NCBI GenBank assembly: GCA_002863145.1
Contig: PKDW01000164.1
Coordinates: forward strand, 25 to 64,024
DNA: 64,000 nt
Direction: 5' to 3'
Source of the DNA: Flavobacteriales bacterium
Lineage (GTDB): Bacteria > Bacteroidota > Bacteroidia > Flavobacteriales_D > Sanyastnellaceae
Positions 32,721 through 42,953 of this stretch are shown here, in pieces. The first letter of the stretch is position 1; each line of letters begins with the position of its first letter. The notes below the pieces were generated by a model. That model was not told the DNA's origin and searched no databases. It worked only from the letters and a program-made list of their open reading frames with translations. A program made the translations under genes and the position numbers.

Positions 32721-34805
32721 ATGTCGCAAAGCGCCCCCAAAAGGAGGATGATCACTTCCGCCCTTCCCTACGCCAACGGGCCGATTCACCTCGGCCACAT
32801 TGCAGGCGCCTATCTGCCTGCGGACATCCACGTTCGGCACCTGCGAAGCATGGGGGAGGATGTGCTCTGGATTTGTGGGAGCGATGAACACGGTGCGGCG
32901 ATCACGCTTCGTGCAAAAAAAGAGGCCACGAGCCCCCGAGAAATCGTCGACACGTACCACGTGGAGATGCAAAAGGCCTTCAAAGGCCTCAACATCAGTT
33001 TCGACCACTACAGCCGAACGTCCTCGCCCAAGCACCACGAGGTGGCGCAGGATTTCTTCCTCACGTTGCTCGACAAGGGCGGGTTTGAGGTGAAAACCGA
33101 GGAGCAGTTCTACGACGAAGAAGCCAAGCAATTCCTCGCCGATCGGTACATCCAGGGCACCTGCCCTGCGTGTGGTCACGACGGCGCCTATGGCGACCAA
33201 TGTGAAAATTGCGGAAAGACCTTGAGCCCCACCGAGCTCGTCAATCCTCGCTCCACCCTCAGCGGCTCTACGCCCGTGCTCAAGCCCACGACACTGTGGT
33301 ACCTCCCGATGGGACGGCACGAAGAGTGGCTTCGGGAGTACATCGTGGACGGCACCCTCGACGGTCAACCGCACCACAACGCCAAAGAATGGAAGGCCCA
33401 CGTTCTGGGACAATGCCGCTCGTGGATTGACGGCGGCCTCGAAAGCCGTGCCATGACGCGCGACCTCGACTGGGGCGTGCCCGTGCCTGTGGATGGCGCG
33501 GAGGGGAAGGTCTTGTACGTTTGGCTTGACGCCCCCATTGGCTACATCACGGCCACCATGGAGTGGTGCGAACAAAACGGCCAAGATTGGCGCGACTGGT
33601 GGCAAGACCCTGAGGCCGACCTCATCCACTTCATCGGCAAGGACAACATCGTCTTCCACTGCATCATCTTCCCCATCCTGCTCAAGGAGCACGGAGGCTA
33701 CAACCTCCCGACCAACGTGCCCGCCAACGAGTTCATGAACCTCGAGGGCGACAAGATCAGCACGTCTCGGAACTGGGCGGTTTGGGTGACGGAGTACCTC
33801 GAAGACTTCCCCGAGGGCAGCGACGCGATGCGCTACGTCTTGACGGCCATCATGCCGGAACAAAAGGACAGCGAATTCACGTGGAGCGACTTTCGCGACA
33901 AGGTCAACAACGAGTTGGCCGACGTCCTGGGCAACTTTGTGAACCGCGTGCTGGTCTTGACCCGCAAGTACTACGACGGCGCCGTGCCGGCCGCCCCGGC
34001 CGACGACGCCCTCGACGCCACCGACCGCGCACTGCTCAACACGCTCGCGGCCGCTCCGGCCAAAGTCGGCGACCTCATCGCCCGCCACCGTTACAAGGAA
34101 GCGCAGCTCGAAGCCATGAACGTGGCACGCCTCGGCAACAAGTACCTGACCGAACAGGAGCCTTGGAAACTCCAAAAAACCGACCCTGCCCGCACCGCCA
34201 CGATCATGCACTTGACGTGCCAGGTCGTGGGCAACTGCGCGGTGCTCCTCGAGCCCTTCCTGCCCCAAACGGCCGGAAAGATTGCCGCTGCGTTTGGCGT
34301 GTCTGACGCCTGTTGGAACGATGCCCGCCCTGACCTCGTTTCCGCCGGCACGGTCCTCGGCGACCTGCCCATTCTGTTTGCCAAAATCGACGACGAAACC
34401 GTCGCTGCCCAGGTCGCCAAGCTCGGCCAGAAGGGCGATGCCTCTGACACCTCAACCCGCGATATCATGCCTGCCAAAGACGAAATCACCTTCGACGACT
34501 TCTCCAAACTCGACCTCCGCGTCGGCACCGTCCTCGAATGCGAAAAAATCCCCAAGGCCGACAAACTCTTGAAGCTCACGGTCGACACAGGCCTTGACAC
34601 CCGCACGGTCGTCAGCGGCATCGCCGAGCACTTCGCCCCCGAAGACGTTGTAGGCCGCCAAGTCACGCTCCTCATCAACCTCGCACCACGAAAATTGCGC
34701 GGCATCGAGAGCCAGGGCATGGTGCTGATGGCCGGCACGGACGATGGCGGCCTGCGCTTTGTCACGCCAGAAGAAGGCGTCGCTCCGGGCAACGTCATCC
34801 GCTGA
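32721..34805 (+). CDS. metG: Methionine--tRNA ligase
   Basis: HIGH motif PYANGPIHLGH, KMSKS variant KISTSRN, Zn knuckle CPACGHDGAYGDQCENCG and a C-terminal tRNA-binding domain LDLRVGTVLECEKIPKADKLLKL. Confidence 0.95.
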   Translation: MSQSAPKRRMITSALPYANGPIHLGHIAGAYLPADIHVRHLRSMGEDVLWICGSDEHGAAITLRAKKEATSPREIVDTYHVEMQKAFKGLNISFDHYSRTSSPKHHEVAQDFFLTLLDKGGFEVKTEEQFYDEEAKQFLADRYIQGTCPACGHDGAYGDQCENCGKTLSPTELVNPRSTLSGSTPVLKPTTLWYLPMGRHEEWLREYIVDGTLDGQPHHNAKEWKAHVLGQCRSWIDGGLESRAMTRDLDWGVPVPVDGAEGKVLYVWLDAPIGYITATMEWCEQNGQDWRDWWQDPEADLIHFIGKDNIVFHCIIFPILLKEHGGYNLPTNVPANEFMNLEGDKISTSRNWAVWVTEYLEDFPEGSDAMRYVLTAIMPEQKDSEFTWSDFRDKVNNELADVLGNFVNRVLVLTRKYYDGAVPAAPADDALDATDRALLNTLAAAPAKVGDLIARHRYKEAQLEAMNVARLGNKYLTEQEPWKLQKTDPARTATIMHLTCQVVGNCAVLLEPFLPQTAGKIAAAFGVSDACWNDARPDLVSAGTVLGDLPILFAKIDDETVAAQVAKLGQKGDASDTSTRDIMPAKDEITFDDFSKLDLRVGTVLECEKIPKADKLLKLTVDTGLDTRTVVSGIAEHFAPEDVVGRQVTLLINLAPRKLRGIESQGMVLMAGTDDGGLRFVTPEEGVAPGNVIR

Positions 34806-34859
34806 ACCTCGGGCACGTCTGCTTGCGAACATCTCCGGACCCTCCTTGTTTTCTCGGCC

Positions 34860-35393
34860 ATGAGTCTTCTCGACCTTGCCTCCAAGCGCCACAGCCCTCG
34901 CGCTTTTGACGGATCCGCCCTGACGTGGGAAGACCTCGCCAACGGATTTGAAGCGGCACGCCTCAGCAGCTCCTCGTACAACAACCAACCGTGGCGCTTC
35001 GTTGTGGCTTTGCGTGGCGAAGAAGGATTCGATGCATTGCTGAATACAGCTGTCGACGCAAACCACACGTGGATGAAGGACGCCGGCGCCATCGTGGGCG
35101 TGATGTCCAGCACTGTGCTCGAAAAAACGGGCGAAACCGACCACGCCGCCTTGCTCGGCGTGGGCATGGCTGTGGGTGCGATGGAGTTGGCATTCACCGA
35201 AGCCGGGCTGGCAAGCATGCAAGCCGGCGGATTTGACCGCGCCGCCTTCCGCGCACTGCTCGACCTGCCCGACCACCTCCTGCCTGTCTCTCTTTTGGCC
35301 GTGGGCCGCCTTCCTGAGGGTCATGTGCCGGGAGCGAAGACGCGAAAAAGCCTCAGCGACATCGCCTTTCGCGTGGGGGACGACATCCGCTGA
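34860..35393 (+). CDS. Nitroreductase family protein
   Basis: N-terminus LASKRHSPRAF and NQPWRF, typical of the family. Confidence 0.8.
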   Translation: MSLLDLASKRHSPRAFDGSALTWEDLANGFEAARLSSSSYNNQPWRFVVALRGEEGFDALLNTAVDANHTWMKDAGAIVGVMSSTVLEKTGETDHAALLGVGMAVGAMELAFTEAGLASMQAGGFDRAAFRALLDLPDHLLPVSLLAVGRLPEGHVPGAKTRKSLSDIAFRVGDDIR

Positions 35394-35435
35394 GGCCCGT
35401 TCAGCGATCGAGGGACACTTGCGTCCCCAGCCGAA

Positions 35436-36431
35436 TCACTTCGTCACGACCAAGTCTCCTTGGAAGCGAAGCGTGGCGTCGTCAAAGCCCGCCACGGTCA
35501 ACACATATTGACCCGCTGCCAGTCCCGACACATCGATGCGTTCCACCGCGGACTGAATGGGCCATGAACCGACCACCCGGCCATCCAAGCCAGTGGCGCG
35601 AAGTTCTGCACCTGCCAAACGGTCGGCGAGGTGTGCAGGAAATGCGATTGTGGCGGTGGTCGTCGCAGGAGAAGGGAAGACCTCCAATTCGTGGGTTGTG
35701 ACCAAGTCCAACACCCGGTCTACCTCAGAATACTCGCATCCGTCGTCGCTGAAGGACAATGGCTCGTAATTCAGGGCTTCCGGGTCATTGCACGCCGTTA
35801 AAATAGGCAGCACTTCACGGAACTCGTCCTGGTTGTTGCCGTTGTAGAAGATTTGAACTTGGATTTGGCCTGAAATGTCGCCAGACGTGGTGAACTGGGC
35901 CACGAGCACCCGAAGGTCTTCTCCGACAATCGCCTCCACATTGGTCGGGATGGGCAGGACAAACCATGCGTTGCCCACGGTCGTTTCGACAGCCACGTTT
36001 TGGCCTGATTCAAAAATGGCAAAAGCGTCGTAATCGGGATCCGCGAGGTCAATCACATCGACAGAAGCCGAGTTGTCCTCCGCCCCAATTGTCAGCCAGC
36101 TGTCGTACGCAAATTCAGGGAACGAGGCGAAAAAAGCCGGGTTCACATCTGTGGCCAAAGCCGTGGTCGCCAACTCATGCTGGAACCATGCAGGCTCGGA
36201 CGTGCTCGTGAGGTAAAGTGGGTTCTCGTCGTCGCCGGAGCAGCTCACCACAAAATCGTCTGCGTTTTGGGTGTAGACGTACAGTCGGTAAGTGGTCATG
36301 CCCGCGAGCTCCCCTTCCGTGTGTTCCGTTTCGGCAACCAGTCCCAGCCAAGGATCTTGGGCGTTCATCGAAAGAGAAAGCGCGGCGCCCATGAACAACA
36401 TGGCGATTCGCGAGGCTGAAGTAAAAATCAT
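35436..36431 (-). CDS. T9SS-secreted hypothetical protein
   Basis: Start MIFTSASRIAMLFMGAALSLSMNAQ at 36431. CTD LEVFPSPATTTATIAF...GQYVLTVAGFDDATLRFQGDLVVTK. Confidence 0.7.
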   Translation of the reverse strand: MIFTSASRIAMLFMGAALSLSMNAQDPWLGLVAETEHTEGELAGMTTYRLYVYTQNADDFVVSCSGDDENPLYLTSTSEPAWFQHELATTALATDVNPAFFASFPEFAYDSWLTIGAEDNSASVDVIDLADPDYDAFAIFESGQNVAVETTVGNAWFVLPIPTNVEAIVGEDLRVLVAQFTTSGDISGQIQVQIFYNGNNQDEFREVLPILTACNDPEALNYEPLSFSDDGCEYSEVDRVLDLVTTHELEVFPSPATTTATIAFPAHLADRLAGAELRATGLDGRVVGSWPIQSAVERIDVSGLAAGQYVLTVAGFDDATLRFQGDLVVTK

Positions 36432-36617
36432 GATTGTCGTGTTTTCCCGAAAGGTAGGACCTGCAGCCCCACGACGACATGACAGACGCCTTGGATTCTC
36501 ACAAGACATCCCAAAGACGGGTCACCATCCGTACCCCAGCTTCCAGCCGAGGTGGACCTTTTCAAGTCTGCGCCAATTTTGGGTCCAACGTGCACTTCAA
36601 CCCTCGCTCAAGGGCAC

Positions 36618-36646
36618 AAAAAAACCCCGACTTTCCGGTCGGGGTT
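36618..36646 (-). terminator. Rho-independent terminator downstream of tRNA-Thr
   Basis: Minus sense: AACCCCGA-ccggaaag-TCGGGG followed by TTTTTTT. Confidence 0.75.
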
Positions 36647-36649
36647 GAG

Positions 36650-36722
<73 letters not shown>

Positions 36723-36743
36723 AAATCCTGCGTTCAGGGTCGG

Positions 36744-36751
36744 CAAAGATA
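36744..36751 (-). promoter_or_regulatory. Candidate Bacteroidota -7 promoter box for tRNA-Thr
   Basis: Minus-sense TATCTTTG matches the TAnnTTTG consensus, 21 nt upstream of the mature tRNA 5' end. The upstream TTG spacing is not ideal. Confidence 0.35.
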
Positions 36752-36803
36752 CGCAGGTGATTTCAAAAAAGTTTCAGTCTGCATGCTTCCGCAGCGGGGT
36801 GGA

Positions 36804-37817
36804 TTAAGCCCAGCGTCCCGCGCGGTTGAGGTGCTCTGCGATTTGGACGGTGTTGGTCGCTGCCCCCTTCCGCAGGTTGTCCGCCACAACCCAAAGGTGC
36901 AGGCCGCGCGGATGGCCCAAATCGCGACGCAATCGTCCCACAAACACCTCGTCCTTGCCATGGGCATTCCGTGGCATCGGATACACGAGGTCTTCTGGGC
37001 GGTCCTCCAGGATGACGCCCGGGAAGGACGACAGCGCGTCACGCACCGCATCCATCTCGAAGTCCTTTGCGAATTCTAGGTACACGGCCTCACTGTGTCC
37101 GCCCACCACGGGCACGCGAACCGCGGTACACGACAATTGGATGCTGTCGTCCCCCATGATTTTCTTCGTCTCGTGGTGGACTTTCATCTCCTCACGCGTG
37201 TACCCGTTTTCTTGGAACGTGTCGCAGTGCGGAAGGCAGTTTTGGTCGATCGGATGCGGGTACACCCCGGGGCCTTCCTCTCCACGGCGCTCCGCTTCGA
37301 GCTGGGCCACCGCGGCTTGGCCGGTTCCGGTGACACTTTGGTAAGTATTCACCACGCCACGCGTGATCTGCCACTTGTCGTGCAGTGGTTTCAAGGCCAT
37401 GACCAACTGCATGGTGGTGCAGTTGGGGTTGGCAATGACCAAATCCCCTTCCGTCAACACGTCGCCATTCACCTCGGGAACCACCAGCTTGTGTGCGTCC
37501 GACATCCGCCAGGCGCTGCTGTTGTCCACCACCGTGATCCCCGCAGCCGCAAATTTGGGGGCCCACTCGGTGCTCAATGCACCGCCCGCGGAGAAGAGCG
37601 CCACGTGGGGGGTTTGGGCCAAGGCGTCTTCGATGGACATGACCACGACCTCCTCTCCGTTGAAGCGCACCGTCTTGCCGACGGACTGTGCAGACGCCAC
37701 AGGCAGCAAGCACGCCACGGGAAAGTCCCGGGCCTCGAGCACGTCCAACATGGTGCGGCCCACCATGCCTGTGGCACCCACCACGGCAACATTCAAGGGT
37801 GTCAGCTTGGCATTCAT
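36804..37817 (-). CDS. asd: Aspartate-semialdehyde dehydrogenase
   Basis: NAD(P) fold VAVVGATGMVGRTML and active-site Cys context IANPNCTTMQL. Start at M14 (37817) or M12 (37823) of the track ORF. Confidence 0.9.
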   Translation of the reverse strand: MNAKLTPLNVAVVGATGMVGRTMLDVLEARDFPVACLLPVASAQSVGKTVRFNGEEVVVMSIEDALAQTPHVALFSAGGALSTEWAPKFAAAGITVVDNSSAWRMSDAHKLVVPEVNGDVLTEGDLVIANPNCTTMQLVMALKPLHDKWQITRGVVNTYQSVTGTGQAAVAQLEAERRGEEGPGVYPHPIDQNCLPHCDTFQENGYTREEMKVHHETKKIMGDDSIQLSCTAVRVPVVGGHSEAVYLEFAKDFEMDAVRDALSSFPGVILEDRPEDLVYPMPRNAHGKDEVFVGRLRRDLGHPRGLHLWVVADNLRKGAATNTVQIAEHLNRAGRWA

Positions 37818-37912
37818 AACCATGGGGTTTTTGGGTTTGTGGATGACAGTGCGCAATTGACCTGCGGTTTGGCCGTCACCACGCGAAAATACGAGGTTTG
37901 TAGAGATGACAG

Positions 37913-38632
37913 GTGAGCGAAAAGCAAGGGGCTACTGTGAAGAATTCCAATGCTGTGTGCGACCTTTCCAGCATGCGAGACGGCAATGTCCTGGCGCCCT
38001 GGAGCGCTCCCGATCAAGCTCCTCTGGTCTTGGCAGTGGGCGTGCTCGTGGGTTTTTGGCTGTTGCTTGCCGGATTTGGAAGAGAGGCCCAAAGGCTGAA
38101 GTGGGCCTGGACCCGGCCACGCAACCTCACCACCCGGAACGCTTCTGAGACGCCCCAAACCATGGGCGTGGTCCTCAATTGCGCTTTGGGGCTGTTTGGG
38201 ATTTGGGCGGGATTGATTGTGTCGTTCCGGTCGAGCGCCGTGACCATGCCTTGGTGGTCCGTCTTTGCATGGATGGCGGCAGCTTGGACGCTGCGAAAGG
38301 TGACCGGCCGTGTGATCTTGGGTGCGGGAGACACCGCAAGCGCCTGGTTGGAGATCTCCCGCCACAACCAAACGTGGATGGGCATGGCCCTGGCCGCTTG
38401 GTGTGTCGTGGCCAGCATGAACCCCTACGTCATGCATGGGCCCTTTGCGCCGTGGGGGGTGGTGACGCTGTTTGTTCTGACGATGGTCATCAGTGCCATT
38501 CGGACGACGCAACTGCTGAACAGCGCCCGTCAACAGAGGGTTGTTGGAATCTTGTATCTTTGCGTCCTTGAATGGAGCTGGACGCTGTTTTGGATTCTCT
38601 GGAGTGTCCGCGCTGTCTTTCGAGGACATTGA
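37913..38632 (+). CDS. DUF4271-like polytopic membrane protein
   Basis: Multi-pass membrane protein immediately upstream of the hemD-like gene, the usual Bacteroidota arrangement as I recall it. Confidence 0.5.
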   Translation: MSEKQGATVKNSNAVCDLSSMRDGNVLAPWSAPDQAPLVLAVGVLVGFWLLLAGFGREAQRLKWAWTRPRNLTTRNASETPQTMGVVLNCALGLFGIWAGLIVSFRSSAVTMPWWSVFAWMAAAWTLRKVTGRVILGAGDTASAWLEISRHNQTWMGMALAAWCVVASMNPYVMHGPFAPWGVVTLFVLTMVISAIRTTQLLNSARQQRVVGILYLCVLEWSWTLFWILWSVRAVFRGH

Positions 38633-38643
38633 ATCGCACCACC

Positions 38644-39384
38644 ATGGCCCAAAAGATCAAAACCGTCCTGATCTCACAGCCCAAGCCGTCCACGGAGAAG
38701 TCCCCGTACTTCGATTTGGCTGACAGACAGAAACTCACCATTGATTTCCGTCCCTTCATCCACGTGGAAGGCATGGAGGCGCAGGAATTCCGCCAGCAGC
38801 GCATCGATCTCGCGGAGCACACTGCCGTGATTTTGACCAGCCGCCTGGCTGTGGACCACTACTTCCGCATGGCGAAGGAGATGCGTTTTGAGGTGCCCGA
38901 TTCCATGAAGTACTTCTGCATCTCTGAAAGCACGGCGTATTATTTGCAGAAGTACGTTCAGTACCGCAAGCGCAAAATCTTCCACGGCACCATCAAGTTT
39001 GACGAGATCGTGAACTTGATGAAGAAACACAAGGGCGAAAAGTTTTTGTTGCCTTCTTCCGACCTGTTGAAGAACAGCATCCCCAACACCTTGGACGATG
39101 CAGGATTCGACTACTCCCGGGCCATCATGTACCGCACGGTGTGTTCTGACTTGAGCGATCTGAGCGACGTGAAATACGACGTGCTCGTCTTCTTCAGCCC
39201 CAGCGGCATTGAATCGTTGTTCAAGAACTTCCCCGACTTCGAGCAGGGACCGACGCGCATTGCCGTGTTTGGACCCACCACGGCCAAGGCCGCCGAGGCT
39301 GCCGGCCTGCGCATTGACATCAACGCTCCCACCGCCAAGGCGCCCTCGATGACCATGGCGCTGGAGCAGTACATCACGGGCTGA
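38644..39384 (+). CDS. hemD: Uroporphyrinogen-III synthase (HemD-like)
   Basis: MAQKIKTVLISQPKP... with the two-lobed repeat pattern of Bacteroidota HemD-like proteins. The internal ATG at 38644 is preferred. Confidence 0.7.
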   Translation: MAQKIKTVLISQPKPSTEKSPYFDLADRQKLTIDFRPFIHVEGMEAQEFRQQRIDLAEHTAVILTSRLAVDHYFRMAKEMRFEVPDSMKYFCISESTAYYLQKYVQYRKRKIFHGTIKFDEIVNLMKKHKGEKFLLPSSDLLKNSIPNTLDDAGFDYSRAIMYRTVCSDLSDLSDVKYDVLVFFSPSGIESLFKNFPDFEQGPTRIAVFGPTTAKAAEAAGLRIDINAPTAKAPSMTMALEQYITG

Positions 39385-39771
39385 GTGCATACCCTTTCCA
39401 AGCGCGAGCGTTTGAAGTCCACTGCGTTGATGGACCTCGCTTTTGCGAAAGGAATCAAAATCAAGGCCTTTCCCATTCTGGCCCGTGCCGTTCAAACGGA
39501 GCTGTCACACGAAGTGCCCTTTCAGGCCGCCCTTTCCGTGGGAAAAAAACGCTTCCGTCGCGCCGTGGACCGAAACCGCATCAAGCGTCTGATGCGCGAA
39601 GCTTGGCGCGTTGAGAAAACGGCGCTCGCCAAAAATTGGAAACCCGACGCGCCCCAATGGGCCGTGGTGTTCATCTTTGTGGGGAACGAGATTCCCTCCT
39701 TCTCCGATTGCCAGCACTTGATCCAACGCGCCACCAAGCGCTTGGAAATGGAAATGGCCGCCGAGAAATGA
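39385..39771 (+). CDS. rnpA: Ribonuclease P protein component
   Basis: 128 aa, basic. LSKRERLKS...FRRAVDRNRIKRLMREAWR is an RNR-type motif. GTG start. Confidence 0.75.
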   Translation: MHTLSKRERLKSTALMDLAFAKGIKIKAFPILARAVQTELSHEVPFQAALSVGKKRFRRAVDRNRIKRLMREAWRVEKTALAKNWKPDAPQWAVVFIFVGNEIPSFSDCQHLIQRATKRLEMEMAAEK

Positions 39772-39807
39772 GCCTGCTCGGTTCATCCATTTAAACCCCT
39801 GTCGCAC

Positions 39808-41466
39808 ATGCGTCGTTTGTTGTTTTTGTTGGGCCTGCCCCTTGTTTTGGTGGTGGTTGTGGCCGCGTCGGTCAAGGATGATTACTTCGAGATGTCCAAA
39901 CAGCTCGAAATCATGCAATCCGCGTTCCGCGAGTTGAACCTGTTCTATGTGGACGAACTGGCACCTGGCGAATTGATGGAAACCGGCATCAAGGCCATGC
40001 TCGCCCAGCTCGACCCCTACACCCGGTACTTCCCTGAAACCAAGATGGAGGACGTTCGCTTCATGCAAACCGGCGAGTACGGCGGTGTGGGTGCCAGCAT
40101 CGAAACCCGGAACGGCCAGACCATCGTCGTCGATCTGCTCGAAGGCGAACCCGCGGAGCAGGCAGGGCTTCAACTTGGCGACGTCATGATGCGTGTCAAC
40201 GGACGCGACCTTGCCGGCCTCGACCAAAACCAAATCGGCGACCTCTTGCAAGGGGCGACTGGCACGGACGTCACGGTCGACATCCAACGGCCCGGCACAC
40301 GGGAGATCTTCACTTTTGAGCTGCAGCGACAGAAGGTCAAAGTACCCGACGTGCCCTATCAAGGGATGTTGAGCGAGACCACAGGATATTTGGCCTTGAG
40401 CTCCTTCACCAAGACCGCGAGCTTCGAAGTGCGCAAAGCCCTGATGAACCTCACGGACTCACTTGGGGCCGAGCACGTCGTCATCGACCTCCGAGGCAAC
40501 GGCGGCGGACTGTTGCGGGAGGCCATCGCCATGGTCAACCTCTTTGTCGGCAAAGGACAGGAGGTGGTCAGCACCAAAGGGAAAACACCCGACTGGAACA
40601 AATCTTACAAGACGCGCGCCAACGCCCTGCGTCCGGACTTGCCCATCGCCATTCTCGTCGACGGCAAGTCCGCCTCGGCCAGTGAAATCGTGGCGGGCAC
40701 GCTCCAAGATTTGGACCGCGGTGTGGTTGTGGGCTCAGAGTCGTTCGGCAAAGGGCTCGTCCAGCAAACCAAAAAACTCGCCTACGGCACCCGCATGAAG
40801 GTCACCGTGGCGAAGTACTACACGCCCAGTGGCCGCTGCGTCCAACGGCTCGATTACAGCCACCGCGATGACGAGGGTGAAGTGCATGCCATGGCCGATT
40901 CGACGTTGAGCATTTTCCACACGGCGAATGGACGGGAGGTCTTGGAAGGCCGTGGCGTCTTGCCCGATGTGGAAGTTCCCCAACCTGACTTGGGCTACGT
41001 CCTCGAAGGACTCCTCGAGAACGGGGTGCTTTTTGACTTTGCCGTGCAGCATCGCGACGCCCTTGTCGCGCCGGCAGACGCCATCGCATTCGAAGTCAGT
41101 GACGAGACATGGAGCTCGTTTGTGGGCTTTGCCCAAGGCCTGACCGATCTCCCCTACGCTTCAAAAACCCTCGAAGCCTTCCAAGCCCTCGAGCGCACGG
41201 CGGAAGAAGAATTGCTCGATGCACCCAATGCGGCCGCCCTAGCGGCACTGCGCGCCGGACTCGTGGCGAACGTGAGCGAGGATTTGGAACGCCACCGCGC
41301 GGAGATTGAGCGCGAGTTGGCGCACGAACTCGTGGTTCACCTCTACAACACCTCGGGAGAGTACCGCCATGGCTTGGCCCAAGATCCCGTGGCGCAACGG
41401 GCCGTGAAACTGCTCGAGTCCAAGAATTACAATGAGATTCTTCAGGGCCCCACAGACCAAAAATGA
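39808..41466 (+). CDS. S41 family C-terminal processing peptidase with a PDZ domain
   Basis: PDZ AEQAGLQLGDVMMRVNG, then DLRGNGGG and the Ser nucleophile context GKSASASEIVAG. Confidence 0.85.
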   Translation: MRRLLFLLGLPLVLVVVVAASVKDDYFEMSKQLEIMQSAFRELNLFYVDELAPGELMETGIKAMLAQLDPYTRYFPETKMEDVRFMQTGEYGGVGASIETRNGQTIVVDLLEGEPAEQAGLQLGDVMMRVNGRDLAGLDQNQIGDLLQGATGTDVTVDIQRPGTREIFTFELQRQKVKVPDVPYQGMLSETTGYLALSSFTKTASFEVRKALMNLTDSLGAEHVVIDLRGNGGGLLREAIAMVNLFVGKGQEVVSTKGKTPDWNKSYKTRANALRPDLPIAILVDGKSASASEIVAGTLQDLDRGVVVGSESFGKGLVQQTKKLAYGTRMKVTVAKYYTPSGRCVQRLDYSHRDDEGEVHAMADSTLSIFHTANGREVLEGRGVLPDVEVPQPDLGYVLEGLLENGVLFDFAVQHRDALVAPADAIAFEVSDETWSSFVGFAQGLTDLPYASKTLEAFQALERTAEEELLDAPNAAALAALRAGLVANVSEDLERHRAEIERELAHELVVHLYNTSGEYRHGLAQDPVAQRAVKLLESKNYNEILQGPTDQK

Positions 41467-42953
41467 TGGAGCGCAGCCGCGCTGAAGACGCCGCAAAATG
41501 GGGTTGGGCACTCTTGATTTGGGGAGCCCCTTGGTCCCATGCCGCCATGACCTTGGGCACCGTATGGGTGACCTTGTGTGCCCTGCTCGTCCTCAAGCAA
41601 AGCCGAACCCCAAGCAAGTCAAGCGGCCCGCTCATTTGGTTGTTGGGGCTCTTCGCGTGGGGATGGCTGTCCCTCTTGTGGTCCGACAACCTCGACTGGG
41701 GACTTCAGCTCGCCTCCATCCAAGTGACCCTGCTGACGTTGGCATTCTCTTGGCATGTCGTGCCTCGTCCGGACCTCACCGCCAAATGGGTCTTCCAAAG
41801 TGCCGCGTTGGCCATGGCCGGTGTCCTCGCTTGGGGTGCATGGCGCGTGGGGCAGGGAGAAGTGCTTGCGGGCAGGGATTGGACGCCATGGACGTCACAC
41901 ATCCGACTCGCCATGTTGGCCGCCCTCGGATGGGTCTGGGGTGCCCAACATCAATCCAAGACCAGCATTGTCCTCTTTGGCGCCCTTTGGGCCTTCTTCA
42001 CAGCGGTCACGGGCTCCCTCACGAACGCCCTGTTGTGGCCCCTGGCCTTGATCTGGGTGCTGTGGGGTCGGTTTTCTCCATCCGCACGGCGAGGCCTGCT
42101 GGCAGGCTCCGCAGCGATCACCTTGACCCTGGCAGGTGGAATGGCCTTGTGGCTTCGGCCGGTGCCCCTCCCCGTTCCCCGAGCGGAACTTCCCGCGTTC
42201 ACCGCGCAGGGCCATGCCTACATCCACCATCCTGAGCGGGTGGTGTCCGAGGGTGGACATCGCCTCCATCTCTTCCTGTGCCCCACGGAATGGGAAGATG
42301 CGTGGTCCCAAATCAGCGACCTCCCCCTCCACGAACCCAACGCGGCCGGCTTCACGGTACGCGATCGGCTGCCCCGTTACCTCACCTCACTGGGATGGCC
42401 CAAGGACGGTGAGCACATCCTGCAACTCTCCCCCCAAGATGTCCGGGCCATTGAAGAAGGTGCGACGCACGCTACTCCTACGAAAGGACTTCGGTTGCGC
42501 TTGCGTGAGCTGCGACGGGAATGGGAAGTGTGGCAGGACGGCGGCAACCCTTCCGGCCACGCCCTGTTCCAACGCATCGCGCATTGGCACGCGGGATGGC
42601 ATGCATGGATGCAGTCCTTTTGGGTGGGCCACGGCATGGGAGACACCTCTTCGGCCATGGAACAAGCCTATGCGCAGCTCGGATCTGACTTGGCTGCGCC
42701 CCATCGCCATCGCGCCCACATGCAGCATTTGACCTGGGGGATTTCAGGCGGACTCATCGCGATGTTGCTGTGGTTGGGTTTTGCGCGTACGTGGCATCAA
42801 GGCATTGGCAAACACAGTCGTGTCGCCCTGTGGGGCGGCTTGGTGGTGATGCTGAGTTGCGTTTTTGAGGACGCTTGGGAAACCCAAGCGGGCGTCGTCA
42901 TCAGCTTCCTCGCTTTGTTTGGCGCATTCCAACGCCCTGCTCAGACAGATTGA
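41463..42953 (+). CDS. O-antigen ligase family membrane protein (Wzy_C-like)
   Basis: Ten or more TM helices. C-terminal pattern WVGHGMGD...HRHRAHMQHLTWGISGGLIAMLLWLGF. The start overlaps the upstream stop. Confidence 0.6.
   Translation: MMERSRAEDAAKWGWALLIWGAPWSHAAMTLGTVWVTLCALLVLKQSRTPSKSSGPLIWLLGLFAWGWLSLLWSDNLDWGLQLASIQVTLLTLAFSWHVVPRPDLTAKWVFQSAALAMAGVLAWGAWRVGQGEVLAGRDWTPWTSHIRLAMLAALGWVWGAQHQSKTSIVLFGALWAFFTAVTGSLTNALLWPLALIWVLWGRFSPSARRGLLAGSAAITLTLAGGMALWLRPVPLPVPRAELPAFTAQGHAYIHHPERVVSEGGHRLHLFLCPTEWEDAWSQISDLPLHEPNAAGFTVRDRLPRYLTSLGWPKDGEHILQLSPQDVRAIEEGATHATPTKGLRLRLRELRREWEVWQDGGNPSGHALFQRIAHWHAGWHAWMQSFWVGHGMGDTSSAMEQAYAQLGSDLAAPHRHRAHMQHLTWGISGGLIAMLLWLGFARTWHQGIGKHSRVALWGGLVVMLSCVFEDAWETQAGVVISFLALFGAFQRPAQTD

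Noticed and set aside
32613-34268. 551-aa minus-strand ORF
   Set aside because: It is antisense to metG, whose HIGH/KMSKS motifs are unambiguous. It is a shadow ORF.
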